Source: a virus
Taxonomy: Duplodnaviria; Caudoviricetes
Virus record (IMG/VR): IMGVR_UViG_3300042922_001473
Length of the DNA: 64,000 nt
Strand: one strand, 5' to 3'
The notes under the pieces are model-generated. The model was given only the letters and a program-made list of their open reading frames with translations, did no database searches and had not been told where the DNA came from. A program made the translations under genes and the position numbers. The first letter of the stretch is position 1. Each line of letters opens with the position of its first letter. This document shows positions 21,233-31,178 of the stretch, piece by piece.

Positions 21233-21796
21233 ATGAAAAATAGTATAAGTCTTTTAGTCATAACACTTAATTTAATAATAGTGCTACAATGTAATGTATT
21301 ATTAACAAATAATTATAGTTATGAAGCAGGCTCTATAGAAATTTTTCAAACAGCTAAATCATTTATAAAAAATAATATATTTCATCAATCAACTAACAAT
21401 GAGTTTAATTTTCCAAGTTTGGCAAGTCATAGTACAAGAAAAAGAATGGAATTTATTTGGAAAGCAAATGGTTATGTAAATAAAGATGAATTGAATTATA
21501 TTTATCTAATAACTGATTTTGGTCAAATAAAGGAAATTGAAGTTAATGGGAAGGTACATAGTTTAATTGATAATTACTTTATGAGGATTGAAGATTTTCA
21601 AACTATGGAACGATTTAAAAATATTTATGATTTAAAAAAACTTCCATTTTCATTGCAAATTGCAAATCTAAAATATACATTTGGAAAAAATGCAGGAGGA
21701 ATTTATTGGTTCGCACCAGATGGAACGTATTATGAATGGTTTGGCTCATATTACATGAGTGCTGAAAAGTTGTTAAAAGGAAATTATGGATTATAA
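21233..21796 (+). CDS. divergent paralogue of the 23294/23872 exported proteins
   Basis: Shares YIYL..GQIKE..V.GKV.SL and GIYWF.PDG.Y.EW.G.Y..SA. Confidence 0.75.
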   Translation: MKNSISLLVITLNLIIVLQCNVLLTNNYSYEAGSIEIFQTAKSFIKNNIFHQSTNNEFNFPSLASHSTRKRMEFIWKANGYVNKDELNYIYLITDFGQIKEIEVNGKVHSLIDNYFMRIEDFQTMERFKNIYDLKKLPFSLQIANLKYTFGKNAGGIYWFAPDGTYYEWFGSYYMSAEKLLKGNYGL

Positions 21797-21962
21797 TAAA
21801 GAAGTAAAATAGAATAATAAAAAAGACACCTATCTTGGGTGTCTTTTTCTATGTGTGCGTGTTAAATTTCTAAGCTAAATATTAATGTAAGACAATATAA
21901 AACACATAACGCATTGCAATTAATAATTTTATAAAGTAAATTTATTAAAAAAAGGAGGGATT

Positions 21963-22700
21963 ATGGATAATTCTATGATAATGACAAATATAATAACTGC
22001 AGGGATAATTGAACTTTTCTATGATTTAATATTATATTGCAAAGATTTTATTATTTGTGCATCAAGTATAAGTGTTAAAAATATTGCTTTTTTATTATCT
22101 ATAATATCATTTATTATATTTTTAATTAAATCATATCGTGAAATTTCAATATATAATACTAATAATTTGTATGAAATGGAAAAAAATCAAGAAATTTTAA
22201 AGAATATAAAATTAGGTAAAATTAAAACAATAATAAAATTTATAGTTATAATAATTGTAATAAGTTTTTATGATGATATTTTAAATATTGCAATAAAGTT
22301 CTTAAATGAATTTATTAGTAAAGAATTTACAAGAAGCCTTTTAAAATATACTATATTTGAATGTATAATAAGTTTTTTTGCTATAATTGTAATGGTAAAA
22401 CTTATGTTAGATATAACTATTTCATATGTATCTCTTATAACCTCAACGTTGCAGATTATAATAAATAATGATTTATTGAATTTCTACAAATGCTTTGTTA
22501 TGATTTTTAGCCCGATAATACAAATATTTACAATATGGTTATTTAATATACTATTTATTGATGTGAATTTCCCTTTAATTAAATTAAGTATTTTTGTAAG
22601 TAGTAGTCTTGTAAGAAATTTGTTGTTTGATTTCTGTAAAACAGAAAAACCCATAATCCTGAAAAAAGAAAATAATTTAATAAAACAAGAAAAGAGCTAA
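21963..22700 (+). CDS. polytopic membrane protein
   Basis: About 5-6 hydrophobic segments, AGGAGG RBS. Confidence 0.65.
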   Translation: MDNSMIMTNIITAGIIELFYDLILYCKDFIICASSISVKNIAFLLSIISFIIFLIKSYREISIYNTNNLYEMEKNQEILKNIKLGKIKTIIKFIVIIIVISFYDDILNIAIKFLNEFISKEFTRSLLKYTIFECIISFFAIIVMVKLMLDITISYVSLITSTLQIIINNDLLNFYKCFVMIFSPIIQIFTIWLFNILFIDVNFPLIKLSIFVSSSLVRNLLFDFCKTEKPIILKKENNLIKQEKS

Positions 22701-22742
22701 AAGCTCTTTTTTATTATTTCAAAATAGACATTATAATTTATA

Positions 22743-22771
22743 TTGACAATAGTCAACGAATATAATATAAT
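22743..22771 (+). promoter_or_regulatory. consensus sigma-A promoter with embedded palindrome TTGACAATAGTCAA
   Basis: TTGACA-N17-TATAAT; second half-site TGACTAT just downstream. Confidence 0.8.
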
Positions 22772-22816
22772 ATGACTATAGATTACGAAAATTACAAATC
22801 AGAGAGGAGATTTTAA

Positions 22817-23278
22817 ATGAAAAAAATATTTATTATTATAGGGTTAATCTTACTAATTCCATTATGTTTAGGTTTAAAAATTTTGTTGTTCCCAGTCAAT
22901 ACAATTAGTCAAAGCGTTGATACAAGTTATGGGGTAGTTAATAAAACGTTAGATGCTGATAACGCTATTTATAATTACGAATGGTTCAAAGAACAAGAAG
23001 CAACTATTAGAGTTAATTTAAAAAATGAAGAAATTGCGAAAGAAGAATGGGAATTATTTAAATCCGAACTTCCAGAAGATAGGGAAAAATGGAGTAGAGA
23101 AGACAAACAAGAGGAAAGTAGTTTAAGAAACAGTTATTACGCTTTACAAAAATTAACTAATTTATCTATGGAAGATTATAATGCAAAATCTGAAATGGCA
23201 AACAGGAGTATATTTAAAGACAACTTACCAAGTAATCTTAGTCGAGCTTTTTATGCAGGTCAAGAATTAACAAGATAG
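22817..23278 (+). CDS. membrane-anchored coiled-coil protein
   Basis: N-terminal TM; NAIYNYEWFK, YNAKS..NR..FK..LP; first gene of the operon. Confidence 0.75.
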   Translation: MKKIFIIIGLILLIPLCLGLKILLFPVNTISQSVDTSYGVVNKTLDADNAIYNYEWFKEQEATIRVNLKNEEIAKEEWELFKSELPEDREKWSREDKQEESSLRNSYYALQKLTNLSMEDYNAKSEMANRSIFKDNLPSNLSRAFYAGQELTR

Positions 23279-23293
23279 GAGGAATTTAAACTA

Positions 23294-23854
23294 ATGAAAA
23301 AGGTTATCTCGATAATATTAGTAACAATAACTTTATTTTCACTTGCAGGGTGCGTATCTATAAGTAGTATCCCTATAGAAGACAAATCAAGTTATGAAAC
23401 AAGTGCTAAAGCAAATGAAGAATCTGCAAAAGCTATTATAACTAATGATACTTTGCCAAAAATAACTAAAAGTTTAGAACGAGAGAATATAAAAAAAAGA
23501 GTTGAATTTATTAATCAATCAGATAGGATAGGGTATTTATACCTATTATCTAAATCTGGACAGCTAATAAAAGAAGTTCAAGTCCTTGGAAAAGTAAGTA
23601 ATTTGAATAGTTACCTAACACCAATGGAAGATATTCATATTGTAGATACCTCAACAAATTTTCGAACTGCAGAAAGCCCAGTTATTACACAAGCACCTGA
23701 CTTAGATGGAACTTATGGCTTAAATGCAGATGGCATATTCTGGTTTACACCTGAAGGGGTATATCAAGAGTGGAGTGGACAATATTTCTACAGTGCGGAT
23801 AGAATGTCGTTTACTACTCAACCATTATTAATGGAAATTCAAAAAACGGAATAG
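23294..23854 (+). CDS. lipoprotein (tandem paralogue 1)
   Basis: Lipobox LAGC; near-identical to the next gene. Confidence 0.8.
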   Translation: MKKVISIILVTITLFSLAGCVSISSIPIEDKSSYETSAKANEESAKAIITNDTLPKITKSLERENIKKRVEFINQSDRIGYLYLLSKSGQLIKEVQVLGKVSNLNSYLTPMEDIHIVDTSTNFRTAESPVITQAPDLDGTYGLNADGIFWFTPEGVYQEWSGQYFYSADRMSFTTQPLLMEIQKTE

Positions 23855-23871
23855 GAGGAATTAGAAAAATT

Positions 23872-24426
23872 ATGAAAAAAATTATATGTATATTATTAAT
23901 AGCAATGGTTTTATTATCGCTTGTTGGGTGCATGTCTACAAGTAGTATGCCAGTAGAGGATAATTCAAGTTATGAAGCAAGTTCTAAAGCAAATGAAGAA
24001 TCAGCTAAAGCAATTATGGCAAATGATACTTTGCCAAAAATAACAAAGAGTTTAGAAAGAGAAAATATTAAAAGAAGGATAGAATTTATTAACCAATCAG
24101 GAAGAATAGGTTATTTATATCTATTATCAGATGCAGGACAACTAATAAAGGAAGTTCAAGTCCTTGGAAAAGTTAGTAGTTTAAATAGCTACTTAACACC
24201 TATGGAAGAAATCCACACAATTGAACACGACATGGGAGAATATTGGGGGGAAACACCTGTTATAACACAAGCACCTGACTTAGATGGAACTTATGGATTA
24301 AATGCTGATGGTATATTCTGGTTCACTCCTGATGGGGTATATCAAGAATGGAGTGGACAATATTTCTACAGTGCAGATAGAATGTCATTTACTACTCAAC
24401 CATTATTGATGGAAATAACACAATAA
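23872..24426 (+). CDS. lipoprotein (tandem paralogue 2)
   Basis: Lipobox LVGC; near-identical to the previous gene. Confidence 0.8.
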   Translation: MKKIICILLIAMVLLSLVGCMSTSSMPVEDNSSYEASSKANEESAKAIMANDTLPKITKSLERENIKRRIEFINQSGRIGYLYLLSDAGQLIKEVQVLGKVSSLNSYLTPMEEIHTIEHDMGEYWGETPVITQAPDLDGTYGLNADGIFWFTPDGVYQEWSGQYFYSADRMSFTTQPLLMEITQ

Positions 24427-24446
24427 AAAATGAAAGGAAGCTTGAA

Positions 24447-24743
24447 ATGAACGAAAATATAGTATCTAAATTATTAGAGGATGTTACAGTAAGTGATATC
24501 ATATTAAATCCAGAAGGTGAAATATTTTACGAAAAAGAAGGCAAAGTCTATAAGTACGGAGAAAATTTCAAAGATATAGAAGAACAAAAGCAAGTAATTA
24601 AAAATGTCTGCGGTAATGATAATGTATTTATAAATAATAGTTCTATAGGACAATATATTAATGAAAAATATAGAATAACGTTCATACAAAATAGCCCTGA
24701 ACAGCTTGGTTTTTACAACGTTGTAATTAGAAAGTATAAATAA
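24447..24743 (+). CDS. N-terminal fragment of a VirB11/CpaF-type ATPase
   Basis: LLEDVTVSDIILN...VVIRK, ending before any Walker A. Confidence 0.5.
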   Translation: MNENIVSKLLEDVTVSDIILNPEGEIFYEKEGKVYKYGENFKDIEEQKQVIKNVCGNDNVFINNSSIGQYINEKYRITFIQNSPEQLGFYNVVIRKYK

Positions 24744-24839
24744 TTAAACATTATAAAACTATACAATTTAAATAAAGAAGTTCAAGGCAATATTGTATCG
24801 CCTTGAACTTTAAAATATATTTTAAGAAAAAGGAGAATT

Positions 24840-25133
24840 ATGAATTTGTTAAATCAAATTCTTCTAACATTTTGGGTCTTAACTGCTATCATTTTTTACA
24901 GCATTGATTCTTACAATGTAGTAATTAAAAAGGAATATAAGACCTTTATATATATAGTAATTACAAATATCATAATAGCTATTAGTTATGTATCTGTATA
25001 TTATCAATTATATATTGTTCCATATAATAGTCCATTTTATTTTTATTCTACTGTGGTCATTTGTGCTATATTTGTCAAAACGAAAAGTATGCTAATGTCT
25101 GATGTTTTTATTAGTTATAAAAAAAGGGTATAA
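24840..25133 (+). CDS. small membrane protein
   Basis: AGGAG RBS, three hydrophobic segments. Confidence 0.6.
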   Translation: MNLLNQILLTFWVLTAIIFYSIDSYNVVIKKEYKTFIYIVITNIIIAISYVSVYYQLYIVPYNSPFYFYSTVVICAIFVKTKSMLMSDVFISYKKRV

Positions 25134-25210
25134 AACTTTAATTGTGGAATAGTGAAACATTGAATATAGAAAAGAGTGTGTAAAATTAAAATTTATCTTA
25201 ACATGAGAGT

Positions 25211-25714
25211 ATGAAATATAATAAGGAGAGTACGAAAATGGAGATTTCTAAGTTATTTACAAGATGGTTTCCTAAACAAAACAAAGTTTTAAAAGAAGAA
25301 ATTAATGCCTTGATAAAACAGAATGAAGACTTACGAATAGATAACGAAGTTCTTAATGAAGAAATAAACACTTACAAGAATAAAGTAGATGGTATTAAAA
25401 ATGGCAAGTTAATACTAATTAACGAAGAAGAAAAGAAAAAACTTGAAAAAGAAGTGGAGAAAATTGAGAAAGCATATGACTTATTGCAAGACATGTTATC
25501 AGAAGAAGAGAATATGTCAGGAATATGCTATGATGGGCTAAGTGATTATTATTATGAAAGATATTATACGACTATAAAAGCCTTTAAAAATGCTTTGAAA
25601 GATAATTTTCAACTAAATATAAAACTTCCATCAGTAGAAGAGATAGAACGAACAAATAAAATCCAAGAGAATAAACTTACTGAAGACGCAATAAAACTTG
25701 GTCGTTATTCATAA
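25211..25714 (+). CDS. coiled-coil hypothetical protein
   Basis: Heptad-rich ORF; AAGGAG ahead of the second Met. Confidence 0.65.
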   Translation: MKYNKESTKMEISKLFTRWFPKQNKVLKEEINALIKQNEDLRIDNEVLNEEINTYKNKVDGIKNGKLILINEEEKKKLEKEVEKIEKAYDLLQDMLSEEENMSGICYDGLSDYYYERYYTTIKAFKNALKDNFQLNIKLPSVEEIERTNKIQENKLTEDAIKLGRYS

Positions 25715-25873
25715 GGGTAGGATAGCATTTAGCACGTTGGAAAAATGCTATATTATAAATTAAAATTTAATTATATAACTTTTTAGTCGTGTATTAATAT
25801 TTCCACACTTAAACTCATATACCCTAAAAAAATACTTAAAGATAACAATTATCTTTAAGTATTTTTTTATACA

Positions 25874-26338
25874 TTATTTTTTTAATACTGGTGTATATTG
25901 CATTACTTTATCTGTATAGAGAATTCCATCTAAATGGTCTATCTCATGACATAGACATTTTGCCATGTCCCCAGTTCCATTAATTTTAATAGGTTTCCCA
26001 AATTCATTTAGAGCTTGAACAGTTACAGTTTTTGGTCTATTAAGTTTTCCGCTTTTACCAGGGATACTTAAACAACCCTCTATAACTTCTTGTGTTCCCT
26101 CTTTGTGAATAATTTTAGGATTAATCAGCTTTATTAACCCCTGTCCCATATCTATTACTACTATTCTTTTTAATATACCTATTTGTGGACAAGCTAAACC
26201 ACATGCATTTCCATTATGATACATTGTTTCTACCATATCATTAAGGATTTGTATTATTTTTTCATTAATAACTTCTACTTCTTTACTTTTTTTTCTTAAA
26301 ACTTCATCATTATTTAATCTTATCTGTCTTATCGCCAT
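25874..26338 (-). CDS. def: peptide deformylase
   Basis: GLACPQIG, EGCLS, HEIDHLDG; AGGAGA RBS places the start at ATG 26338. Confidence 0.93.
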   Translation of the reverse strand: MAIRQIRLNNDEVLRKKSKEVEVINEKIIQILNDMVETMYHNGNACGLACPQIGILKRIVVIDMGQGLIKLINPKIIHKEGTQEVIEGCLSIPGKSGKLNRPKTVTVQALNEFGKPIKINGTGDMAKCLCHEIDHLDGILYTDKVMQYTPVLKK

Positions 26339-26354
26339 TTTAATATCTCCTATC

Positions 26355-27284
26355 CTATAGTTGACCAATATATGCAAAAGGGTTAAAACGTTCAATCTCG
26401 ATAACATATTCACTTATTAAAGACATACATTCGTCTAAATTTCTATAACAAAATGGTGCTTCTGTTTTAATTGAATCATTCGAAATAGAGTTTGGTATAT
26501 ATATTCTATTTCTTAGTTCTTCGTAATCGAAAATTTCAGCATACTTCTTAGCTTCGCCTCTACTCATAACTCTCCCTGTACCATGACTGATTGAATTAAG
26601 TGCATTATCTATGTTCTCTGTAGCTTTAATTAAAATCATTTCACCATCCATGTTGGAGGGGATTACGCTAATATCATTTTTATTTAATTTTACCGAACCT
26701 TTTCGTATAATGACTCCTTCATTTGTTTCTTCAAAAGAGTTATGAACGGTATCTAAAATTAACTGTGATTTACCAAAAACTTTATCAATTAATTCCTTTA
26801 TAGCTATTCGGTTTTCTTTAGCCCATTCAATAACATTTGAATATTCTCTATTGAAAGCAATAGGGTTATCTATTAAACTGTTTATCTCTTTACCTTCAAG
26901 TCGTGAACCTGTATGTATGAGAAAATAAACTTCTGAAGTATTAGAAGAATATGCAGTTAAAAAATGATTGCCAGAACCCAAGTGACCTTTAGAATTTGTG
27001 TTGTTTTTTAATAATGAATAAACACTATCCCAGTCCTTAGTTGTAAACTCAGTTTTATTAATTTTTGTCTTTATTAAAAGCATTCCGCATCCTATGTCAG
27101 ACAAAGTATACTTTCTCCAATCTTCTTGTTTTGTTAAAACTGTTGTTCCTGTTGGAAGAGGACTTTTACCAGGGCAAGCATCAGGGAAAAATACAATCTT
27201 TTCTGCTCTTAAATCATGTGGAAGCCAACTATATAACAATCCTTCATTAATGGAAGATAAGTTTAAAATATTCATATATTTCAC
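26355..27284 (-). CDS. rtcB: RtcB-family RNA ligase (compact form)
   Basis: PDA, DIGCGM, LGSGNHF, HTGSR, HN, RKG, SHGTGR, EAP..Y motifs. Confidence 0.88.
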   Translation of the reverse strand: MKYMNILNLSSINEGLLYSWLPHDLRAEKIVFFPDACPGKSPLPTGTTVLTKQEDWRKYTLSDIGCGMLLIKTKINKTEFTTKDWDSVYSLLKNNTNSKGHLGSGNHFLTAYSSNTSEVYFLIHTGSRLEGKEINSLIDNPIAFNREYSNVIEWAKENRIAIKELIDKVFGKSQLILDTVHNSFEETNEGVIIRKGSVKLNKNDISVIPSNMDGEMILIKATENIDNALNSISHGTGRVMSRGEAKKYAEIFDYEELRNRIYIPNSISNDSIKTEAPFCYRNLDECMSLISEYVIEIERFNPFAYIGQL

Positions 27285-27582
27285 CTTCTTTATGTTTATT
27301 TTGTATTATATAAAATTATTATATCATATTATTCGTAAAATAGCAAAAATAATTTACAAATTAAGCAAGATATTAATTATGCTTATAATGCGAACTTAAG
27401 TATTGGATTTTTATTATCTTTTATAATTTCAGGAAAAAATTAATATAATATATAAATTTATTAGAATAGGGGTTTTATTAACAAATTTAAAAGTAGAGGA
27501 ATTAAATTAGTGAAGATTTTAAAAGTATTCAAGTTAAAAGGTTAGAAGCTTAAATAATAAAAAAATATAACAGTAAAGAAAC

Positions 27583-27789
27583 TTGGAGGATTTCATGAAA
27601 AATTATGTAACTAAAAACAACACTTATACTATTAATGAAAATAATGAGATAAGTGGAGGAATTTTCGGCAATGAAGTTAAAAAAATATCTAAAATATTAG
27701 TTGCTGAAAAAAATTGTCCATTAATTCTTGAATTAGAAGATGGAAGATATGTAACAACAAGTGTAGTGCAAGAAATTAAAATTGCGTAA
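27583..27789 (+). CDS. small beta-rich protein (paralogue of next gene)
   Basis: Shares ISGG.(F/I)G..P...DG....TS with 27807. Confidence 0.7.
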   Translation: MEDFMKNYVTKNNTYTINENNEISGGIFGNEVKKISKILVAEKNCPLILELEDGRYVTTSVVQEIKIA

Positions 27790-27806
27790 AGCAGGAGGAT
27801 AAGAAA

Positions 27807-28091
27807 ATGCTAAAAAATATTATGGGGATTTTCAAAAAGAAAGAAGTAATAAAAAAGGCAGAATCTGTAGAAGTTGTAGCAAATCTAAGTAATATAAAGC
27901 TTTGCATAACTTCAAATGATAATATTTATAAGATTGATGAAGCTAATAAAAAAATTAGTGGTGGCATGATTGGTAAAGAACCGATGAAATATTCAGAAGT
28001 TCTATTAATGAAACAAGATATGCCTTTAATGGTTCATATGGCAGATGGTAGTATTTTTCAAACATCACGCATTAAATCACAACATCAATAA
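27807..28091 (+). CDS. small protein (paralogue of previous gene)
   Basis: AGGAGG RBS; shared motif. Confidence 0.7.
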   Translation: MLKNIMGIFKKKEVIKKAESVEVVANLSNIKLCITSNDNIYKIDEANKKISGGMIGKEPMKYSEVLLMKQDMPLMVHMADGSIFQTSRIKSQHQ

Positions 28092-28160
28092 AAATTTTTT
28101 ACATAGGAAAGTTTTAGAACACTTTGGGAAGTTAAAAAATTTCATAAGGAGGAAGATTAC

Positions 28161-28625
28161 ATGAAAAGTGTAATTAAATTTTTAAAAAGTGAACCAATGT
28201 ATAAAGAAGGTATAATTAGTATTTTACTTCCATTTTTAACAAAAGGGTTGATTAATAAAATGAATACATCCGATGCAGTAACTATTGCAAATGCAAGAAC
28301 TATAAAAAACATTGCAGTAGTTTTCGGAGAAGATACGTTTTTGACTAATCTAATAAGTAATAACTTTATTGCATTAGCTACATTTGCTATTTCTTTATTT
28401 TTTGTAGTGTTTATTATAGTTTTATATATGGCTATTAGAAACTGTAAACCATATGAACCTAAGTATGGGGAAGTAGAAAATAGTAAGACTCTAACTGCTA
28501 TTAACGTAATGTTATCAAGTTTTTTAACTATATTTGGCATTAATAGTACAGTAGTTTCTATTATAACATATACAATTATTTACTGGATTAAAGAAAAAAC
28601 AAAAGAAATGTTTGGCGAAAAATAA
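28161..28625 (+). CDS. membrane protein
   Basis: AAGGAGG RBS, hydrophobic segments. Confidence 0.65.
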   Translation: MKSVIKFLKSEPMYKEGIISILLPFLTKGLINKMNTSDAVTIANARTIKNIAVVFGEDTFLTNLISNNFIALATFAISLFFVVFIIVLYMAIRNCKPYEPKYGEVENSKTLTAINVMLSSFLTIFGINSTVVSIITYTIIYWIKEKTKEMFGEK

Positions 28626-28959
28626 AATAAAACAGGAGAATATCATGACAAGTGAATTGAATTTAAAAGGTACAAAATCTAAAGGTAGATTAAAAAGTTG
28701 TTTAAAAAAAGGTTTCATAAGTTTTATGTTGTCATTTATAGTTAATTTTATGATTGAACAATATAGAAATCCAACAAGTGATTTTCACTTGATTTTAAAT
28801 TCTTTTGATGTTTTATTATCAAAGAATAGTCAAATGTTGGACATATTTGTTACTTTATGTATGACTTTATTTTTAATAACTTTTGTAGTTTTAGTAGTAA
28901 CAACAATTTATTATTTTCTTTCTTTCGTAAATAATATTCGCAAAAGAATTACAGAATAA
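28612..28959 (+). CDS. 2-TM membrane protein
   Basis: AGGAG ahead of the internal Met (MTSE); terminator follows. Confidence 0.6.
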   Translation: MAKNKIKQENIMTSELNLKGTKSKGRLKSCLKKGFISFMLSFIVNFMIEQYRNPTSDFHLILNSFDVLLSKNSQMLDIFVTLCMTLFLITFVVLVVTTIYYFLSFVNNIRKRITE

Positions 28960-29046
28960 TAATTAAAAGAGGATGCAATTAATTTTGCATTCTTTTTTTG
29001 TTGAAAAATAGTTAATAAATTGATATAATGAGTATATAATCCATTT

Positions 29047-29550
29047 ATGGATAAAACGATAATGGTACTGAAAGGAGATTCTACATTTATGAGAGAAATT
29101 ACATATCTCCAAGATACTGAGATTTCTTGGAAAGCTAAAGGTTTATTAACGTATATGAATATATACTCAGAGCAGACAAATATTGAAGGTCTATTAAGTA
29201 AATCAACTGACGGTATATCAAGTGTTCAAAGTGGATTAAAGGAATTGACTATAAAAGGGTATTATCATAATTATCCTTTAAGAGATAATGAAGGAAAGTT
29301 TATAAAGTTTGTTCAAAAATTTAGAATGCATAGGAGAGTACCATATCTTTCTGCCGAGAAGGATATAATAAATGCTATTTTATTTCCGTCAAATCGGGCA
29401 TTAGAAACTGATAGTTTCTTTTTAAGAAGAGCTATTAGCATAGTAAAAGAGAGAAGTGTAGATTCATATAAGGAACTTATTTTAGAAGTTGAAGATTTGT
29501 ATAAATTAGGATATGATAGTGTAGCAAAAGTGAAACTATATCTTAAATAG
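29047..29550 (+). CDS. winged-helix protein resembling the N-terminus of phage/plasmid replication initiators
   Basis: LQDTEISWKAKGLLTYM..STDG..SV.SGLKEL...GY. Confidence 0.6.
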   Translation: MDKTIMVLKGDSTFMREITYLQDTEISWKAKGLLTYMNIYSEQTNIEGLLSKSTDGISSVQSGLKELTIKGYYHNYPLRDNEGKFIKFVQKFRMHRRVPYLSAEKDIINAILFPSNRALETDSFFLRRAISIVKERSVDSYKELILEVEDLYKLGYDSVAKVKLYLK

Positions 29551-29761
29551 GGTTATCTATTAAACAGTATAAAACCTCCTGAATTACAATATTATAAAAA
29601 TACGGTTATATTTAGGAGGTTTTAAAAGAAATGTCATCTTTAGTATTCTTGATATGATTAAATATGTCAAGGGTATGAGGAATTTTATCTTTTTATAGAA
29701 AAATACCCCCATCATCAAAAGTGGGGGATGAATTTTTACGTCTGATAAGACATTATATGTA

Positions 29762-29805
29762 TTGAAATTTCATCATTTAGAAGGTATAATTAGAACATAA
29801 GTTCT
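29762..29805 (+). promoter_or_regulatory. tnpB promoter with Firmicutes LexA (SOS) box
   Basis: TTGAAA-N17-TATAAT then AGAACATAAGTTCT (GAAC-N4-GTTC) at 29792-29805. Confidence 0.75.
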
Positions 29806-29827
29806 TTTCCAAGGAGGTGAAGCATAT

Positions 29828-31081
29828 ATGCGATTATCTTTTAAATTTAAGCCACAGCTAAATAGTTTACAAGCTAACATTATTGAAGAATTGAGCTATC
29901 ATACTACAAATCTATACAACATAGCTAATTATGATAATTTAAACCTTGGTGTGAAATCATATTACAAAATGAATGAAATTTACACTTCTAATTGGCATAA
30001 AGAATTTCTTCATAGCCACAACTATCAGTATTGTTTAAAAGTATTAGACCAGAACTGGAAATGTTATTTCAAGTCAATTGCTGATTTTAAGAAAAACCCT
30101 TCAAAATACAAGGGTATACCTAAACCACCAAAGTATAAAAATTTAAATGATAGGAAAAATGAAATAATTTTTACATCTGCAGGAATAAGATTTAAAAATA
30201 ATACATTAATTCTATCACTTTCTAAAGCTATGCAATTAAAATATGGTGTAAATAGCCTTAATTTTGAAGTTTCTGACAAACTTCAAAGCCTATTTGATTG
30301 GAATAGTCTTCAACAAGCAAAGATTTGCTGGAATAGTTCTTTAAAAGAATGGTCAATAATTTTAGTATATCTAAAAGAAGAAGTAATTTTACCAAGTGAT
30401 TTCAGTAATATTTTGGCAATAGATTTAGGTCTTTCAAATCTTGCAACAATGACATTCTTAAACAATGAAGAAAGCTACATTATCAATGGGAAACCTCTTA
30501 AATCGGTAAATAGCCATATTAACAAGAAAATTGTACATTTGCAAAGAATTTCTATGCATATGGTTGGCAGTAAAAAACATAAAGACACTAAGGAAATAAC
30601 ACGTCTTAGAACTTATAGGGAAAACTATGTTAATAACTATATGCATAAAGCAAGCAAAATTGTTATTGAATTAGCACTAAAACATAAATGTGAAACAATA
30701 GTAATAGGCGATATCCATGGTATTAAACAAAACTTAAACTACAATAAGACATTTGTTCAAATACCAATACTTAAACTAAAAGAAATGATTAGCTATAAAG
30801 CAAAATTACAAGGTATAGAAGTAATACTTCAAAATGAAGCATATACTTCTGGTTGTAGTGCACTTGATTTGGAAGTTATTTCAAAATTACATTATAACAA
30901 AAAAAGAAGAATATGCAGAGGCATATTCCAAAGTAATAATAATTTTAAAATTAACTCAGATGTAAATGGAAGTCTAAATATTTTAAGGCTTCACACAAAA
31001 GACACATGTATTCCCAAGTTAATAGAATTATCAAGGGATAAGGGCTACGTGAATAGCCCAATAAAGCAAAGGGTGGCTTAG
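29828..31081 (+). CDS. tnpB: RNA-guided endonuclease TnpB
   Basis: P.PPKYK, RuvC-I AIDLG, IVIGD, EAYTS, RuvC-III NSDVNGSLNI. Confidence 0.92.
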   Translation: MRLSFKFKPQLNSLQANIIEELSYHTTNLYNIANYDNLNLGVKSYYKMNEIYTSNWHKEFLHSHNYQYCLKVLDQNWKCYFKSIADFKKNPSKYKGIPKPPKYKNLNDRKNEIIFTSAGIRFKNNTLILSLSKAMQLKYGVNSLNFEVSDKLQSLFDWNSLQQAKICWNSSLKEWSIILVYLKEEVILPSDFSNILAIDLGLSNLATMTFLNNEESYIINGKPLKSVNSHINKKIVHLQRISMHMVGSKKHKDTKEITRLRTYRENYVNNYMHKASKIVIELALKHKCETIVIGDIHGIKQNLNYNKTFVQIPILKLKEMISYKAKLQGIEVILQNEAYTSGCSALDLEVISKLHYNKKRRICRGIFQSNNNFKINSDVNGSLNILRLHTKDTCIPKLIELSRDKGYVNSPIKQRVA

Positions 31082-31178
31082 ATAATTAACCTAAGTAGAA
31101 ACTTAAATACTACAGCTTTATAGAAGCCCCCCACTTCTAAGCGTTAGTGTAAGTGGTGAGGGTATTCACTGAAGGAAA

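Larger units (their letters stand above)
29697..31169 (+). mobile_element. non-autonomous IS200/IS605-family element (tnpB only)
   Basis: Left hairpin CCCCCA..TGGGGG at about 29706-29727; right-end GAAGCCCCCCACTT..AAGTGG..TTCAC ending at 31169; no tnpA; left boundary approximate. Confidence 0.8.

Noticed and set aside
4186-24743. Functional conjugation (T4SS) cluster
   Set aside because: Only scattered, truncated VirB4-like and VirB11-like pieces; no relaxase or coupling protein in the window.
26339-26413. N-terminal extension of def in the ORF track
   Set aside because: Overlaps rtcB; RBS supports ATG at 26338.
27180-27200. FFPD shared between RtcB and the micropeptides
   Set aside because: A four-residue match is expected by chance; no DNA-level relationship seen.
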